Notes under the pieces: model-generated | The model's input: only the letters and a program-made list of their open reading frames with translations | The model's database searches: none | What the model was told of the DNA's origin: nothing | Assembly: GCF_018977255.1 (NCBI RefSeq) | Contig: NW_024704742.1 | Location: forward strand, 81,842,001 to 81,906,000 | Origin: Callorhinchus milii | Taxonomy: Eukaryota | Reading direction: 5' to 3' | DNA length: 64,000 bases | Made by a program: the position numbers and the translations under genes | Shown here: piece by piece, positions 12,721 through 24,989 of the stretch | Position numbering within the stretch: position 1 is the first letter of the stretch | How the letters are laid out: every line of letters begins with the position of its first letter

Positions 12721-13129
12721 CTACAATGCAGCACATCTCCATTACTGCATAAATTACAGCATGGGGGTGGGGGGAGGTTGTATTCTCATGGAAAGCAGAA
12801 CACAATTTTCTCAGAATCAGTTACACTGCATATTCTAATAATATAATAATCCTTGCATTTCATTTAGGGGATTGTTTGGGGGATTGTTTGGGGATAATCA
12901 CTTCATCTTTGCTCACCAGGAATGACAAGACATCCAATTGTTAAATATCTTCTGATTTACTAGTGTAATGAAGCACTTGACCTATGCCAGAGAATGAAGC
13001 ACGAAACGCTGGTGATAGCAATGCGACTGGAGAGCAACCCATTTAATGCTTATATTTATCACACAGTAAGTCTGAAATTGGACCCACTTTTAGCCTGTAG
13101 GATTGTTTTATCTCAGAATGAAACAGCAC

Positions 13130-13307
13130 TTGTGGAAAATACTTAAATTCAGGCTTGACTTGGAAGCAGTTTTCAGAAAAAAACAATGAAATATAATAAA
13201 TTAGAAGCCAAATTAAGACTGAATTTAACAATTTCCTATAATTCTGGGCAAACTTAAATTTTATACAAAATAATCTTACAGGCTAAGACTAGGTGAAATT
13301 TTGGGCC
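13130..13307. repeat. AT-rich repeat with internal inverted repeat (probable MITE remnant)
   Basis: Inverted pair TTAAATTCAG...CTGAATTTAA; ends TAGGTGAAATTTTGGGCC; homologous to 1-110 and 59845-60021. Confidence 0.6.
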
Positions 13308-15735
13308 TGAAACACCATATTCAAACATACTTTACTATCAGACATCAATGCAAGCTGATAAAACAAGAATTATTGGGACGTCTTCCTTGACAAGAAAGGC
13401 GCTATACAAAAGTAATTTTGTTGTTGTTATTCCTTGTCAAAGTAATAGTCTGTTAGACGTTCTATTCTACAAATCCTTTGATCTCCTGACTGAATTTTAA
13501 ACAAGTTAGTGCTGCTTCCCGCAATGCTCTACGAGATTGTGTGCATCATTTTCATCTCAATCACCAAGGGTGTTAATTACATTTCCGTACTATCCGTCTT
13601 TCATTACATTCCTTATGGAATGAATTAGTGAAGATCAGTATAAGCCAGCCAAATCATGTTCGATAGACTGCATTGGTATAAATAAACTAAGTGTTTCTGG
13701 ATGTGTCAAACAGAAGGAAAACAACAGTTTCTGTGTGGACTGCTCTTTACATTGAGGTCCCGGTCTTCAAAGACTTTGTATTGCTCTATTTTATATTCTA
13801 AAAGTACATCAGTTTGCTGAATACAATTTCCTTTTGGAAAGCTGCATTATTACGGAGTTAGAATTCCAAATTGGCTGAGATCCACCTCAGCTTTGACCTT
13901 GTTTCCAAAGCACAGACATTTTGGGAGAATTCACTGTCCGCTGATCAGGTCTGAAGCCAGGCTTTCAATCCTGAATCCTGTGTGTCCAAAATATGGCTTC
14001 AACCTCGCTGCCCATTCTTTCCCTCTCAGAGCCACACTACACCCCTGCAAGGTATGCTTTTCCCTATTTTGTTTCACCACACTGTGGGGGAACAGCACAA
14101 AAAAACACAACTGGGTGAGGGTTAGATACTGTGAAAGACAGTGGTATTCCTGCATCCCTGAGGCAAAGTGGTTAAATCAGGCAAAAGGAAAGGGGAAAAG
14201 AGGCTTGATTCCAAGACAGCAACTGACTGCTACTTTACATAAGATGTGAAACAAAAGCATTAGGGCAGAAGCCATATAGATTTAACATTTGATACACAGA
14301 TCCTGTGAGTAATCTGGAAAGGTTAAAGATTTGGGATCTATTGATTTTTACATAAATAGTTTTAATATATTTAATAGTTTAATATGCTAATTATCACACT
14401 GAGCCCATTTGGAAACAACACAATTGAAGTCAATATTTATCAATTGCTATCAAGCTGAGCTAGGTCACTTTGCCATGAAGCTGGACTAGGCGATTGACTC
14501 TCAGACATTTTAACAAACACAGAGGCAGAGAATGGGAATAGTGAGAGTGGTTGTCAGTGACTTTCGGCCCAACCTTTGTGCCAGTCCATATCAAACCTGT
14601 TATGGTTTAACATTTGCCACTCCAACTTTGCATTCCTGTAACTGGAAAAGGAAATTGTTCACATCAGCAAAATGCTTCCACCAAACAAGAGCTCAGTGAT
14701 GAGCCTTATTAACTGAAAGGATTGGCAGATATGCGCTTAGACAAGATCTGCCAAAGCCTCATGTCAAGCTTCAAATCAAATTTATAAGCGTGGGATGCTT
14801 TCCATTCTGTCACTGGGACTGAAGGACCCAAATTGGAATTGAACTTGTACAATGCCACAAGAGCAATTCAATGCTACTTTACCAAGAAAATTAAATAATA
14901 AAAAGAACATAAATTTGATCATCCTTACATGTTAGGAACCAGCAATAGGGTGACTTCTTACAGAAAATCACATGAATACTTTACTCATCATCATGTTCCA
15001 TCTCATGCTTTAAGTTTCGATTCAACTGTAAATTACATTTGGTGATGATTAATGATCGGGCTATTTTACCTCATCAGATGAGTACTATGCAATTTGAATT
15101 TGGAGCTGTGAGTCATTAATTTACCTGGGTATCAATGAAGTATACCTTCCAAAAGGCAGCCGCTTGTGGTAATTGCCCACTGTGCAATCCCAGAAAACGT
15201 ATTGCCCATTTTAACACAAACTATGAATGTTCACTCTCCACACAATTTGTGGTTTAAATACATTTGAAAATTAAAGGATATCTGGATGTTAAATCATACC
15301 TTTCCTTGGCACAACAAACTAATTGAACTGCCTTAGAGGAGGCACATTGGCAGTTTGTAGCCATTTATTCTGCATACTAATATATAACATGGAGACAGGT
15401 TCTTTCAATCTACTAAATCATGATCTAGCTACAATAATAAATCACATCTCTCCTCTTCTTTGCGTCCAAATTGCATCTCAAGCCCAAATAGATAATGGAA
15501 AATTCACAGGGAATATTTTAACCTAATTTTTTTTCAAATAAAGGAGTGTTTATAATGTATGAGGCAATCCAGACAGGATCCTCAACAGGAATGGAATAAT
15601 CAATTGAATTGATCTTAGGTAGATAAGAAAGTGTTCAATAGATCTTCGGGCCAGAAAACCATCTGAACGTAAAGGTTAACATTTCAGGGCTTCTAATTCT
15701 AGTTATGACGTTTATGTGCCTCCTCTGAGGCAGTG

Positions 15736-16110
15736 ACTAAGGCTGTAGTTCAGTGGTTAGAGCACTTGCCTCGCAAGCGAGAGACCTGGGTTTGATTCCC
15801 AGTAGTGCGAAACACTGGGCAAGTTTCCTTACTCCACATGTCTCTGTTTGCCTAGCAGTGAGTAGGAACTCGGTTGTTAGTCGTTTGGCTGATTGTTTTA
15901 CCGGGAATAATAATTCCTTCAAAAAAATATATATAATAAATTGGTCACTCAATCAATGACTGCATGTGGGACACTGCTGTGCTAAATTGGCTGCAATGTT
16001 TCACCACAAAATATACAGTCAATTCACTTTACAGTATATTCTGTGAAGCACTTTGACATGACTCAAAGACGTGATAAGGTGCTATATCAAATGCAAGGAT
16101 TATTATTATT
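15736..16110 (+). mobile_element. SINE family B, full length
   Basis: CTGTAGTTCAGTGGTTAGAGCACTTGCCTCGCAAGCGAGAGACCTGGGTTTGATTCCC head, central block, Deu 3' block, L2-like tail with (TTA)n. Confidence 0.92.
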
Positions 16111-16475
16111 CACAGAAGAGGTGGGAAGTACTAACCTAAACTTCCCTCAGCCGTCCTGAGAGGTCGGAATCGGACCGGCAATTTTTGAAAGCTATTAAAG
16201 TGGGGGAAGAGGCTAGAAAGCATAAACAGATGGCATTGAGAAGAATACATTCTGCTCTGAAACTTTTGCACTTCAGCACTTTTGCAAATTAGATCCCATT
16301 TGCGAAACATACAATAGTGGCTGATTAGAACGAGATTTCTCTTCCCCATACAATTTTACACACTTTTCCTTGCATTCCTTGAATGGTTTTACTATATGTT
16401 CCTTAAGTGACCACAAGAGAGGAAAAGTACAAAGGAAGAAATAAAACCCAGGAAGTTCATACCTTTCGTTTGTGT

Positions 16476-17040
16476 GTCAGCCTGCCTTAGTTGGTAACAC
16501 TCCTGCTTCTGAAACAGAAAGTTGTGAGTTCAAGCCCCACATCCGAACTTGAGCTCATGTAGTTCAGAGGTGCTGTCCTTCGGAAGAAAAAGTGAACTGT
16601 GGACCCATCTGCCTGTTTGGGTGGATGTTAAAGATTTAATGTCACTACTCGAAAAGAGATGGGAGTTTCTTCAGGTATCCGGGCCAACAATCGAATGAAA
16701 GGACTTCAACCCTCACAATCTAGGATGAGACTACATCAGTGCTACTTTGTCAGAAATGCCATCCTTCGGATGAGACATTGAACAGTCTACCTGTGTGCCT
16801 ATTCAGGTAGACTTTAAGGATCCCAAGGTCAAAAAAGAGTGTATCTCCTGATGTTCTGACCAACCACATCCCTTGGATAAAATCAGTCATTCACTTCATA
16901 TCTATTTGTGGGATGTTGCTGAAAAGCTGCCGTAGTTGCCTAAGAAATACAGTCACTACAGTTTACGTCAAATCCTGTGAAGTGCTTTAAGATGTCTTCC
17001 CTACGTTAAAGGATAGGTTTCAAATCCAAGGATTATTTAG
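16476..17040 (+). mobile_element. Two adjacent DeuSINE family A segments
   Basis: Head GTCAGCCTGCCTTAGTTGGTAACAC; the Deu body CCTTCGGA...AGATCCCA occurs twice (about 16570 and 16760). Confidence 0.75.
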
Positions 17041-18844
17041 GTGGGGGGAGAAGGGGGAGAGCAATATTCCTGAAAAGATTGCCTGCCATAGATACCGAGT
17101 ATATTGCAAGGATATTTCTCAGACTAGAAATTCATGATCACTACCATACAAAAGTCTGTTTAAGGACTTATTGGATGCAGATTGTTCACTCTAGCCACAT
17201 CAACCTAGGAATATGGGGAAGTCGTGCTGTGTCACTGCTGACACAGAATTCAGTCTTGAATACACGTTAAGAAAATTACTTTTATCTAAACAATCAACTC
17301 GTAACATCTTGATTTGGAATCATTAATAAATGAAAGCTACAAAGCCAAATTGCAGCCTTGATTGTTATTCAACCTTGTTAAGGCCTTAGTGAATCAGCTT
17401 TGTATCTGTAATATTTTCATTAGCAGCTAAATGAGCTTTGCTGTGAAGGGGAAGGTGGTGATGGGGAGCAATCTAACCACATGAACTTTTGCACCCCTCT
17501 CTTGGAACCTCACAGCCAACTATTGTAACTCTTGCCATATTTCCATTAGTCTGGCTTTACCAGAGGAACTCACTCTCACATAGCTTCATCAGCATAACTG
17601 ATATGCATCTGTAATATTCCATTATCACAAATGTCATTTGAATGCATGTCAAGGATTCCAGTGAATATTTCTCTTATTTGTTTTGTTTGTGGAGTTTAAC
17701 ATGCGAGTAAAGGAGAGTAAGGTCACATAATTAACCCTAAAGACAGCCTCTTTCCTGATGCAAGTGGCCGTGTACACTTCCCACAGTGACACCAAGTTAC
17801 CGCCTTTCTTCAGTAATTCTCTTCTTGAACACTTCTCAGAATGAATCAGTGTTCTAGCCTCAACCAACCTTCCTGATAACTTGTTCCAGTTATTAATTAC
17901 CAGCATCAAGAGGGATTGGGATTCTGTTCCTATAGCCATTATAGAAAGATTGGGGGGAGGCTAAGAGGAGCATCCACTGCCAGTTAGCCTATTCTGGAAA
18001 GATGAGATCAGATGTGCCAAAGGACCTTCTTCATCCAATCCAATCTTGTGATCTTGTGTGTCAAACAGAAGATGCCCTGTGATTTCAGGTGGCCAACTGT
18101 CAGGGTCATAATTAACGCCATCCTTTCTCACAGCACCATCATACTCTGATTGAACTCCTCAGCGAAACTGCCGGCCAGGAGCTGTCAGGTAAATTTGTCA
18201 GATCCTTTGCCTGATGCAAAGTGCTTTACTGCTGAGTATGACGCGATGTGAATCCAGGACATGGAAATTAAAGTAATCTCCCATCAAGTTCTAAGCATTT
18301 ACAGTAATACATTTCTTCAGTATTTGGAATCATCATCACAGGGGAACACGCATTAATATATTAAGAGTGAATACAACCTCCTTTGCTTTGCCAAAATCTA
18401 TTGAAATGTTACAAGAGGGCATGACTCATATCTGAAGGGCAATTACACTGAAGGTTGCAAATCTAATATCATTTAATTTCAATGTCTTTAAACATCTTTA
18501 AGGACTAAACCGGCTTGTAACCAGCTTTGGTGTAGTTAGCCTCTAATTAACTACACTGAAAGCTAGGGGAGTGGGGGGCACCAGATGTGATGAATTGTCA
18601 TATTTTAGGAGATGTCCCTGCTTAAGCTCTTGACCAAAATGTATCAAATTAAGTTCTGTGGTGACCTGACAAATTGGCTGATCTCCTTCATTTAGGTGAA
18701 ATATTCTCTTGTACTCACATACACTTTGGAAAGGGCAAAAACATCAAAAATGCTATAGCGGAATCTTACTTTCGTACTAGTACACATTAAATTCTAATTA
18801 GGCCGGATGGACAGAGAGGCTTCTCATCTTTAATCCTATTTTTT

Positions 18845-19510
18845 GGAGTCCTGTAGCTCAGTGGTTAGAGCACTTGCCTCGCAACCGAGAGACCTGGGTT
18901 CGATTCCCGGGTTGGACAATTTTCATTACTTCACACGCTTCTGTTTACTTAGCAGTAAGTAGAAACATGGTTGTTAGTCGATTAACGGAACGCTTTTACG
19001 GGCTAATAATTTCTTCAATAAAATAACAATAAATTGGTCATTTCAATCCACCACTGTTTGTAGGACACTGCTGTGCACAATTGCTTGCTGCATTTCACCC
19101 AAACAATAATAATTCCTGCATTTGATAAAGTGCTTTTCACGTCTTCTAGGCGTCTCAAAGCACTTCACAGAATATACTGTAAAGTGAATTGACTGTATAT
19201 TTGTGGGCAAAATTTGGCAGCCAGTTGCGCACAGCAGTGTCCCACAAACAGTAGTGGATTGAATGACCAAATTTTTATTATTTTTTTTATGGATTATTAT
19301 TTCCGGAAAAGCAATCTGCCAATCTACTAACAATTGGGTTCCCAGTCAAAGCTAGTTAAACAGAGACGTGTGGAGTAAGGAGACTTGGCCAGAATTTCGC
19401 CTTGACAATGTAGTCAATTCACTTTACAGTATAGTCTGTGAAACACTTTGAGATGTCTTGAAGACGTTATGAGGCGCTTTATCAAATCCAAGGATTATTA
19501 CTATTATTAT
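18845..19510 (+). mobile_element. SINE family B interrupted by an opposite-strand family B copy (19104-19405)
   Basis: Intact A box TAGCTCAGTGG and B box GGTTCGATTCC. The host resumes at about 19410. ACAAT is duplicated at 19103-19107 and 19405-19409. Confidence 0.88.
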
Positions 19511-19565
19511 TCTCCTCTCTCTCAGCCTCATCTCTAAACCTTGTTTTGATCTCCAGCTTTCCCAA

Positions 19566-19685
19566 ACACACACATACACACACACACACACACACTGACA
19601 CAGGTACCTGTGCATACAAGCAAACATGCATGCAGTGTACATATACACAGACATAAATGCACATACACACATATTCACACCACAC
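19566..19685. repeat. (CA)n and CA-rich low-complexity tract
   Basis: Direct inspection. Confidence 0.85.
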
Positions 19686-20061
19686 CCCCAGGGCTCATCT
19701 TTCCAGAATGTTGACACATTCATCCACAAAATACACAGACGCTACACTCCACAGTCTATTCTGTGAAGTGCTTCGAGATGTCTTGATGTCAATGATAAGG
19801 CAGTATATCAAATGCAAGATTATTATTATTATTGGTATAAGGAATTAATCCATACGGAAAAAATATTAAGTGTTTATTTTCCCTCTGGACAAATAAACAT
19901 GAGAGGCTTTTCACATTGCTTTCAATCAAACCCTTACTGGGCTTGTGTCTAAATTCAACCATCACATAGGGGTGATCTATGGACTCTACCAATACCAACC
20001 ACCTCTGAGACGCCATCCAGCGTGGAGGGCACTATATAAATCCAAGTTGTTGTTGTTGAAA

Positions 20062-20185
20062 CAATGGATATCCATATGTAAGTGGGATGCATGGAAATCT
20101 CAGCTTGGTTTGGATAGTTTTAAGCATAGTGAATAGTTTCCACTTGTATCAGACACCCGGGTGAACAAACAAAAAGAAAAAAAAA
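20062..20185 (+). mobile_element. RTE/RTEX-like family, extreme 3' end
   Basis: GTGGGATGCATGGAAATCTCAGCTTGGTTTGGATA...TCAGACACCCGG followed by an A-rich tail; matches 23480-23580. Confidence 0.75.
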
Positions 20186-20309
20186 TTGCACATGCAGTAC
20201 ATCAGCAATGGAGAAACAATCCAAAAGGGAAAGTAAACAGGACCAAATGATCCCTGAAGAGACTGTGAAGGTTTGATGTAATCTCACTGAGGTGTTATAA
20301 ACACCTTTA

Positions 20310-20575
20310 GTTAATCCTTACGTTTGATATAACATGTTTTCATGGCAGGGGGTCATCCCAAAGTGCTTCACAGGATATACCGTAAAGTGTAGTGACAGTA
20401 TGTGTTTTGTTGGTGAACACAGCAGCCAATTTGCACACAGCAATGTCCCATAAACAGCCATAAAGTGAATGACCAATTTTTATTTGGTGGATTGTTAGCC
20501 AGGACATTGGGATAAACTCATGACAAACAGTGCCATGGATTCTTTAACATCCACCTGAACAGACAGACCTTTAAT
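20310..20575 (-). mobile_element. DeuSINE family A, 3' part
   Basis: GCAGCCAATTTGCACACAGCAATGTCCC and GCCATGGATTCTTTAACATCCACCTGAAC. Confidence 0.8.
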
Positions 20576-21789
20576 ATCATTACATCTATGGAAGATAATT
20601 CCAATTGTGAGGTGAGACTTTTGGCTTTTAATCATTTTTGGGGATACTATATCCTCTACAAATATAGTTTTGGATGTTGTAGCTTCTCTGTAACCAATTA
20701 CTTATCCATAAAAGTAGAGTAATTTCATTAGATACAGCTTTAATGCTATCAATATACCATTAACATGCCTAGTTCATTACAAAATCCTGCAGGGGACTAA
20801 AATAGAAATAGTGACTCAGGAAGAACAGTATTAAGAACTAAATAATTAAAATACCACAGTTTCTACCATCACTCTTTTTACCTTCACTGTTCATGGAGCC
20901 AAAGAAATATTTTTATCCACCAATAACACAGAGAGAAAAAAAAGCAATTGCTAGTTTTCAAACACAGCGCCAGAGACAAAAAGAGAAGCAAACATTACAA
21001 CAAGATGGACTAGCATGTGTTATGTGTAAAGAGCAGAAGCAATAATCATAAGGACCCACTCCAGTCAAATTGGTAAGATCATGAATATAAGTAGAACAAA
21101 TGAAATGTTTGTGGTTCGTCAGATCACGTGGTATCTAACCCCTCCCTACCCATAAGCTAAGACCATCGTTCAATTTTTTATCTCAAGTACAAACCATCTA
21201 ACATTGCGCAACTTCCTCATTATGGAACTCCAATATCAATCTAAACTGCTCTGGGTCTCAAACTCACAACCTTCTGACTCAAAGATGACAGTTCTGCTGA
21301 CGGAGACAAACTGATAGCTGATAACTGATAGCAAGCAGTTTTCTCATCTTTTTTTTAAGGTTCATAGACTAACTGAACAACTTTCAAGACAAGAAAACTG
21401 AAATTCTTTCCCAATCCTTGAAGGTATTCAAAGAAATCTACCATATCAATCTAACTTTCCAACCATCTCCAGTTCAAACATCCACAGTGACTGTTCTCAG
21501 CAGTGCTCCTAGGCAATATTTAATCTTTGTCTTCAAGATCAAACCTTCAGTCAGATTTTCACTCAAGTATTCAAAGAATATCCAAAGAGTAAATTGATGC
21601 AACATGAACTATATTTTTATTGGGAATGTCACAATAAACAATGTTTATGTGTGGCATTTCAAAAACTTTCTTGATCTTCTATCTTAGTGAGAACATCTTT
21701 TAGGTCTCCTAGCAATTCTCTATAACCAAGAACATGCTTCGCTCAGCCTTTCCCAATGCATAAATGGCCTTTATTATTATTGCCAGCTA

Positions 21790-22064
21790 ACACAGATCTG
21801 TTGCACTTCACCTGACCCGTCCATGCCATAATCAGTGGCCGAGCCTTCAGTCACTATATCGCTAACTTCTGGAACTCTCTGCCTCAGTCCCTCCCCTTGG
21901 CACCCTATTTATCTGTTCTTGAATTTCACCTGAAAACCAACCTCTTTGACCAATTATCATATTCCCCTCCCTCTCCTTACTCATCATCCAACATCACCAC
22001 TATGCAGTACTCTGAGATGTTACCCTACATGAAGTGTGCTATATAAATACTAGCTGTTGTTGTT
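21790..22064 (+). mobile_element. L2 3' fragment
   Basis: GGCCGAGCCTTCAGTCAC...CTGGAACTCTCTGCC...CTGAAAACCAACCTCTTTGAC and TTG tail. Confidence 0.75.
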
Positions 22065-22099
22065 TATTTGGTGAAGGGTAGTCACGTTTTGGGTTACAA

Positions 22100-23582
22100 T
22101 AAACATGCAACTCCGTTAACTACAGAGAGATTTCGCTAATTGCAGTGGCTCTGCTCGCAGGGAGTACTTTGCAGGGAGTGGTGCTTCTGGTAGTCACTGC
22201 ATGTATATCATACGCATTGGAGGCTCGCGATTTGAACAGGTAGGAAACGATTGGCTTCCGTTCTTGTGAGGAATGTGTCAACAGGTTGTGGCTCTGTATG
22301 AGATCACAGAATGTCGTAAGCCTGAGGAGAAACCCACCTACATTGTGTTCAGCGACTTTTGCAAGTCTTTTAACCTGGTGCCTTATGAGGCCCTCATGAT
22401 GAAATTGGAAGCCATGGGAGTACTGGATTTCATGATGAATCCTAGATTTCTTCATGAGCTGGAATGTGTATTCCACCTCCAAGATCTTTGTAAGGATCAA
22501 TAGTGGATTTACTGAGCTCATCTCTCTGGAAAGGGAGGTGCAACAAGGCTACCCATTGTCCTGTAAAGGTCCTCCCACTACACTGAAGGTAGACGCCAGT
22601 CAGATAGCTGATGAGGAAACTCTGAGGCTTAGAATGACAGCTGTTGGAAGGTGTTTCCTGGAGTCCAAGTTTGCGAACACATGTTCGTATGTCCAGCACC
22701 TGGAATCCACCTTGATTGGCCTGCAGAGAGGCAAACAACTGCCGCTTAAACTCCGCACCTCCAACTGGTGGAGCCATCGCTCAATGGGAAGGGATGTGTG
22801 TCCGAGCTATGGACAGGATGATGGTGACAATGCTCTGATGCATTTCATTCTGAGATGTGTTGCCCACCGTGAAGCTTGCAGGGAGTTCCTTATATGTACC
22901 ATCCACTTAGTGAGGACTCAAACCCGCAGTCGTCTGATGTCGAACGACCAACTAGTGACTATCCTCCTTGGGGAAAGGATAGTTGGGGTCTATTTGCACC
23001 TGAACTTGCTCCAAGGTACATGCCCGATGGAAGGTCAGAATCGAGCCAACCCTCTGTGGTGGTCTCGGTAGTCCACTTCCTGAGCCAAGTGGGTCCGCAG
23101 TATTCCAGGGCACTACTGATGACAGCACAGCCAGCCTGGCTCATCAGCAGGTCCTGGAAAGGCAGACTAGTCACTGGGGGCAGCGAGTCATCCTACTCAG
23201 CTCCTGTTAACCCTTCAAGCCAAAGCTCGAATTGGTAGGGTGTTCCTAGCTGGATAAGCAGCAGGAAAGCTTGCCAGATAGCCATATCAATGGCAAGCTA
23301 TGCCATTTTAGTTGGCTGGACTCCTGTAGAACACCAATGCATACTCTGGGGTCTCGAAGCCTTGGCTCTTGCCAACCTATGCCTAATACTTTCCGGAAGT
23401 ATCTATCTGACTGCCATCTGTCTTCAGTCTGGTGGGAAAGAATATGCATTCCATTCCAACAATCTATCTCTGGGATTTCCAAGTGTAGATGGGATACATT
23501 GAAATCTCAGTTTGGTTTGAATACTTTTAAGCTTGGTGATGGGTTTCTGATGTGTCAGACACATGGCTGACCCCCAAAAAAT
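22100..23582 (+). mobile_element. RTE/RTEX-like non-LTR retrotransposon, internally deleted and pseudogenised
   Basis: Across frameshifts from 22118: NYREISL...GFRSCEECV/QQVVALYEI...PTYIVFSDFCKSFNLVPYEALMMKL/...LEREVQQGYPLS (RT N-terminal motifs). The YADD region is missing. Then LKLRTSNWW...CP...HFILRC (CCHC-like), stop at 23238, and a UTR of about 340 nt. Confidence 0.85.
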
Positions 23583-24207
23583 ATAACCAGTGGAGTGTTT
23601 GCAAGAGTGACCCTTTACGTATGCATTCCCGTCTCCCTGCCAACAATCCCCCACATAAAATACACAGTCACTTCACTTTTGAATTAATGCTGTGCAGTGC
23701 AATAAGACTTTCCGACAACTTAGCAAGGTGCTATATCAAATGCAAAGATTAATGTTATTATTTACATGCATTGTATGATGCCTTAGATTGTTACACATAT
23801 ACATTGTGTAAAAGATATGAGAATCTAATAGGATTTTTTGAATGCAAACACTCTGCCTTCATCGAGTCATAAGAACACATTCCAATTAAGGGATTAAACA
23901 CTGAAGCCTTATTTTGTAATCAGTCCTGAGATCAGCAGGTCTAATTTTTTGTGTAAAAGTGCACAGCCTTCGTAAAACAACTCCCCAAATGAAAGCTTAC
24001 ACTCTGGCAGGTGAAAATTTTATTTATACTCCACATACTTTTCCGTATTCCCTTCTTACCTACCTAAATCTTGATGAGGCCACTATTTATCACAGCTTTA
24101 AGATTAAAGCTCATCAGCTAATTCCAGCTAAAAAACAATAGCTATAAACAGCTCGCTTTGCTCAATCTGTTCAGTATACAGCCTTCATATTAATAGGCAT
24201 TGGAACA

Positions 24208-24305
24208 GGTGAGGGTGGTGGGGGTGGTGGTGAAGTGGTGGTGGTGTTGGGGTGTTGGGATGGTGGGGGTGGTGGGGTGGTGGGCTGGTGGGATGGTGGG
24301 GGGGT
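24208..24305. repeat. (GGT)n/GGGGT G-rich simple repeat
   Basis: Direct inspection; the G-runs are compatible with G-quadruplex formation. Confidence 0.85.
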
Positions 24306-24309
24306 ATCG

Positions 24310-24583
24310 TTGAAGGTTCCATCTGCCTATCAGATGGATGTTAAAGTTTCCATGGCACAATTTAAAATAGAGAAGAGAGTTTGTATCTCCTGGTGTCCTG
24401 GCCAACAATACTCCAGATAAAATTGGTCATTCAATTCATGGCTGTTTGTGAGACATGCTGAGCACTAATTGGCTGCCACATTTCCAAACACAGTCACTAC
24501 ACTGCACAGTAAATTCTGTGAAGCAATTTCGGATGTTCTCCGAACGCAAAAGGTACCATACCAAACATAAGGATTATTATTAT
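24310..24583 (+). mobile_element. DeuSINE family A, 5'-truncated
   Basis: GGATGTTAAAGTTTCCATGGCAC...GTGTCCTGGCCAAC...(TTA)n tail. Confidence 0.8.
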
Positions 24584-24629
24584 TGAGCAAATTGGGATCT
24601 CTCAGCCATCAACGTGGCAAATGGATTAT

Positions 24630-24989
24630 ATTTGCTCTCCTTACCCCCTACCATCCTGACTGCTGCCCTGCTCAGCGGGCTCCAGTCTGCTTCACGTCCC
24701 CAGCCTTGTCCACCCCACCATTGGCTGGCGGGCCTTCTTCCACTCTGCCCCCACCCTCTGGAAATCCATCCCACAGTCCCCCTCCTCAACCCCTCCCTTC
24801 ACTCCTTCAAGACCCATCTCAAGATCCTCCTCTTCGACCGTGCTTTCGACCACCCTGCTTCCCCCCGTGCCCTCCCCCCTTCCCAATCACAACGCCCAGC
24901 TTGGGTCCGAAACTCTGACTGTACAGCGCTTTGGGACGTCATGCCGACGTGAAAGACACTATACAAATGTAATTTTGTTGTTGTTGTTG
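24630..24989 (+). mobile_element. L2 3' fragment
   Basis: SFKTHLKILLFDRAF peptide; tail GCGCTTTGGGACGTCATGCCGACGTGAAAGACAC plus (TTG)n. Confidence 0.9.

Noticed and set aside
12867..12895. Short tandem duplication GGGGATTGTTT (similarly TTTACCTAAG x2 at about 40240)
   Set aside because: Ordinary slippage duplications with no further structure.
18845..18918. tRNA-Ala(CGC) gene
   Set aside because: A and B boxes are intact, but the acceptor and anticodon stems pair poorly and the sequence runs straight into a SINE body. It is a SINE head.
23110..23175. Hammerhead ribozyme at CTGATGA...GAAA in the RTE-like element
   Set aside because: Sister copies have GAAG instead of GAAA, stems are unconvincing, and the motif lies in the coding frame (LLMTAQ).
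24090..24120. Minus-strand CTGATGA followed by the hairpin GCTTTAA-TC-TTAAAGC
   Set aside because: No GAAA core after the stem, so not a hammerhead.
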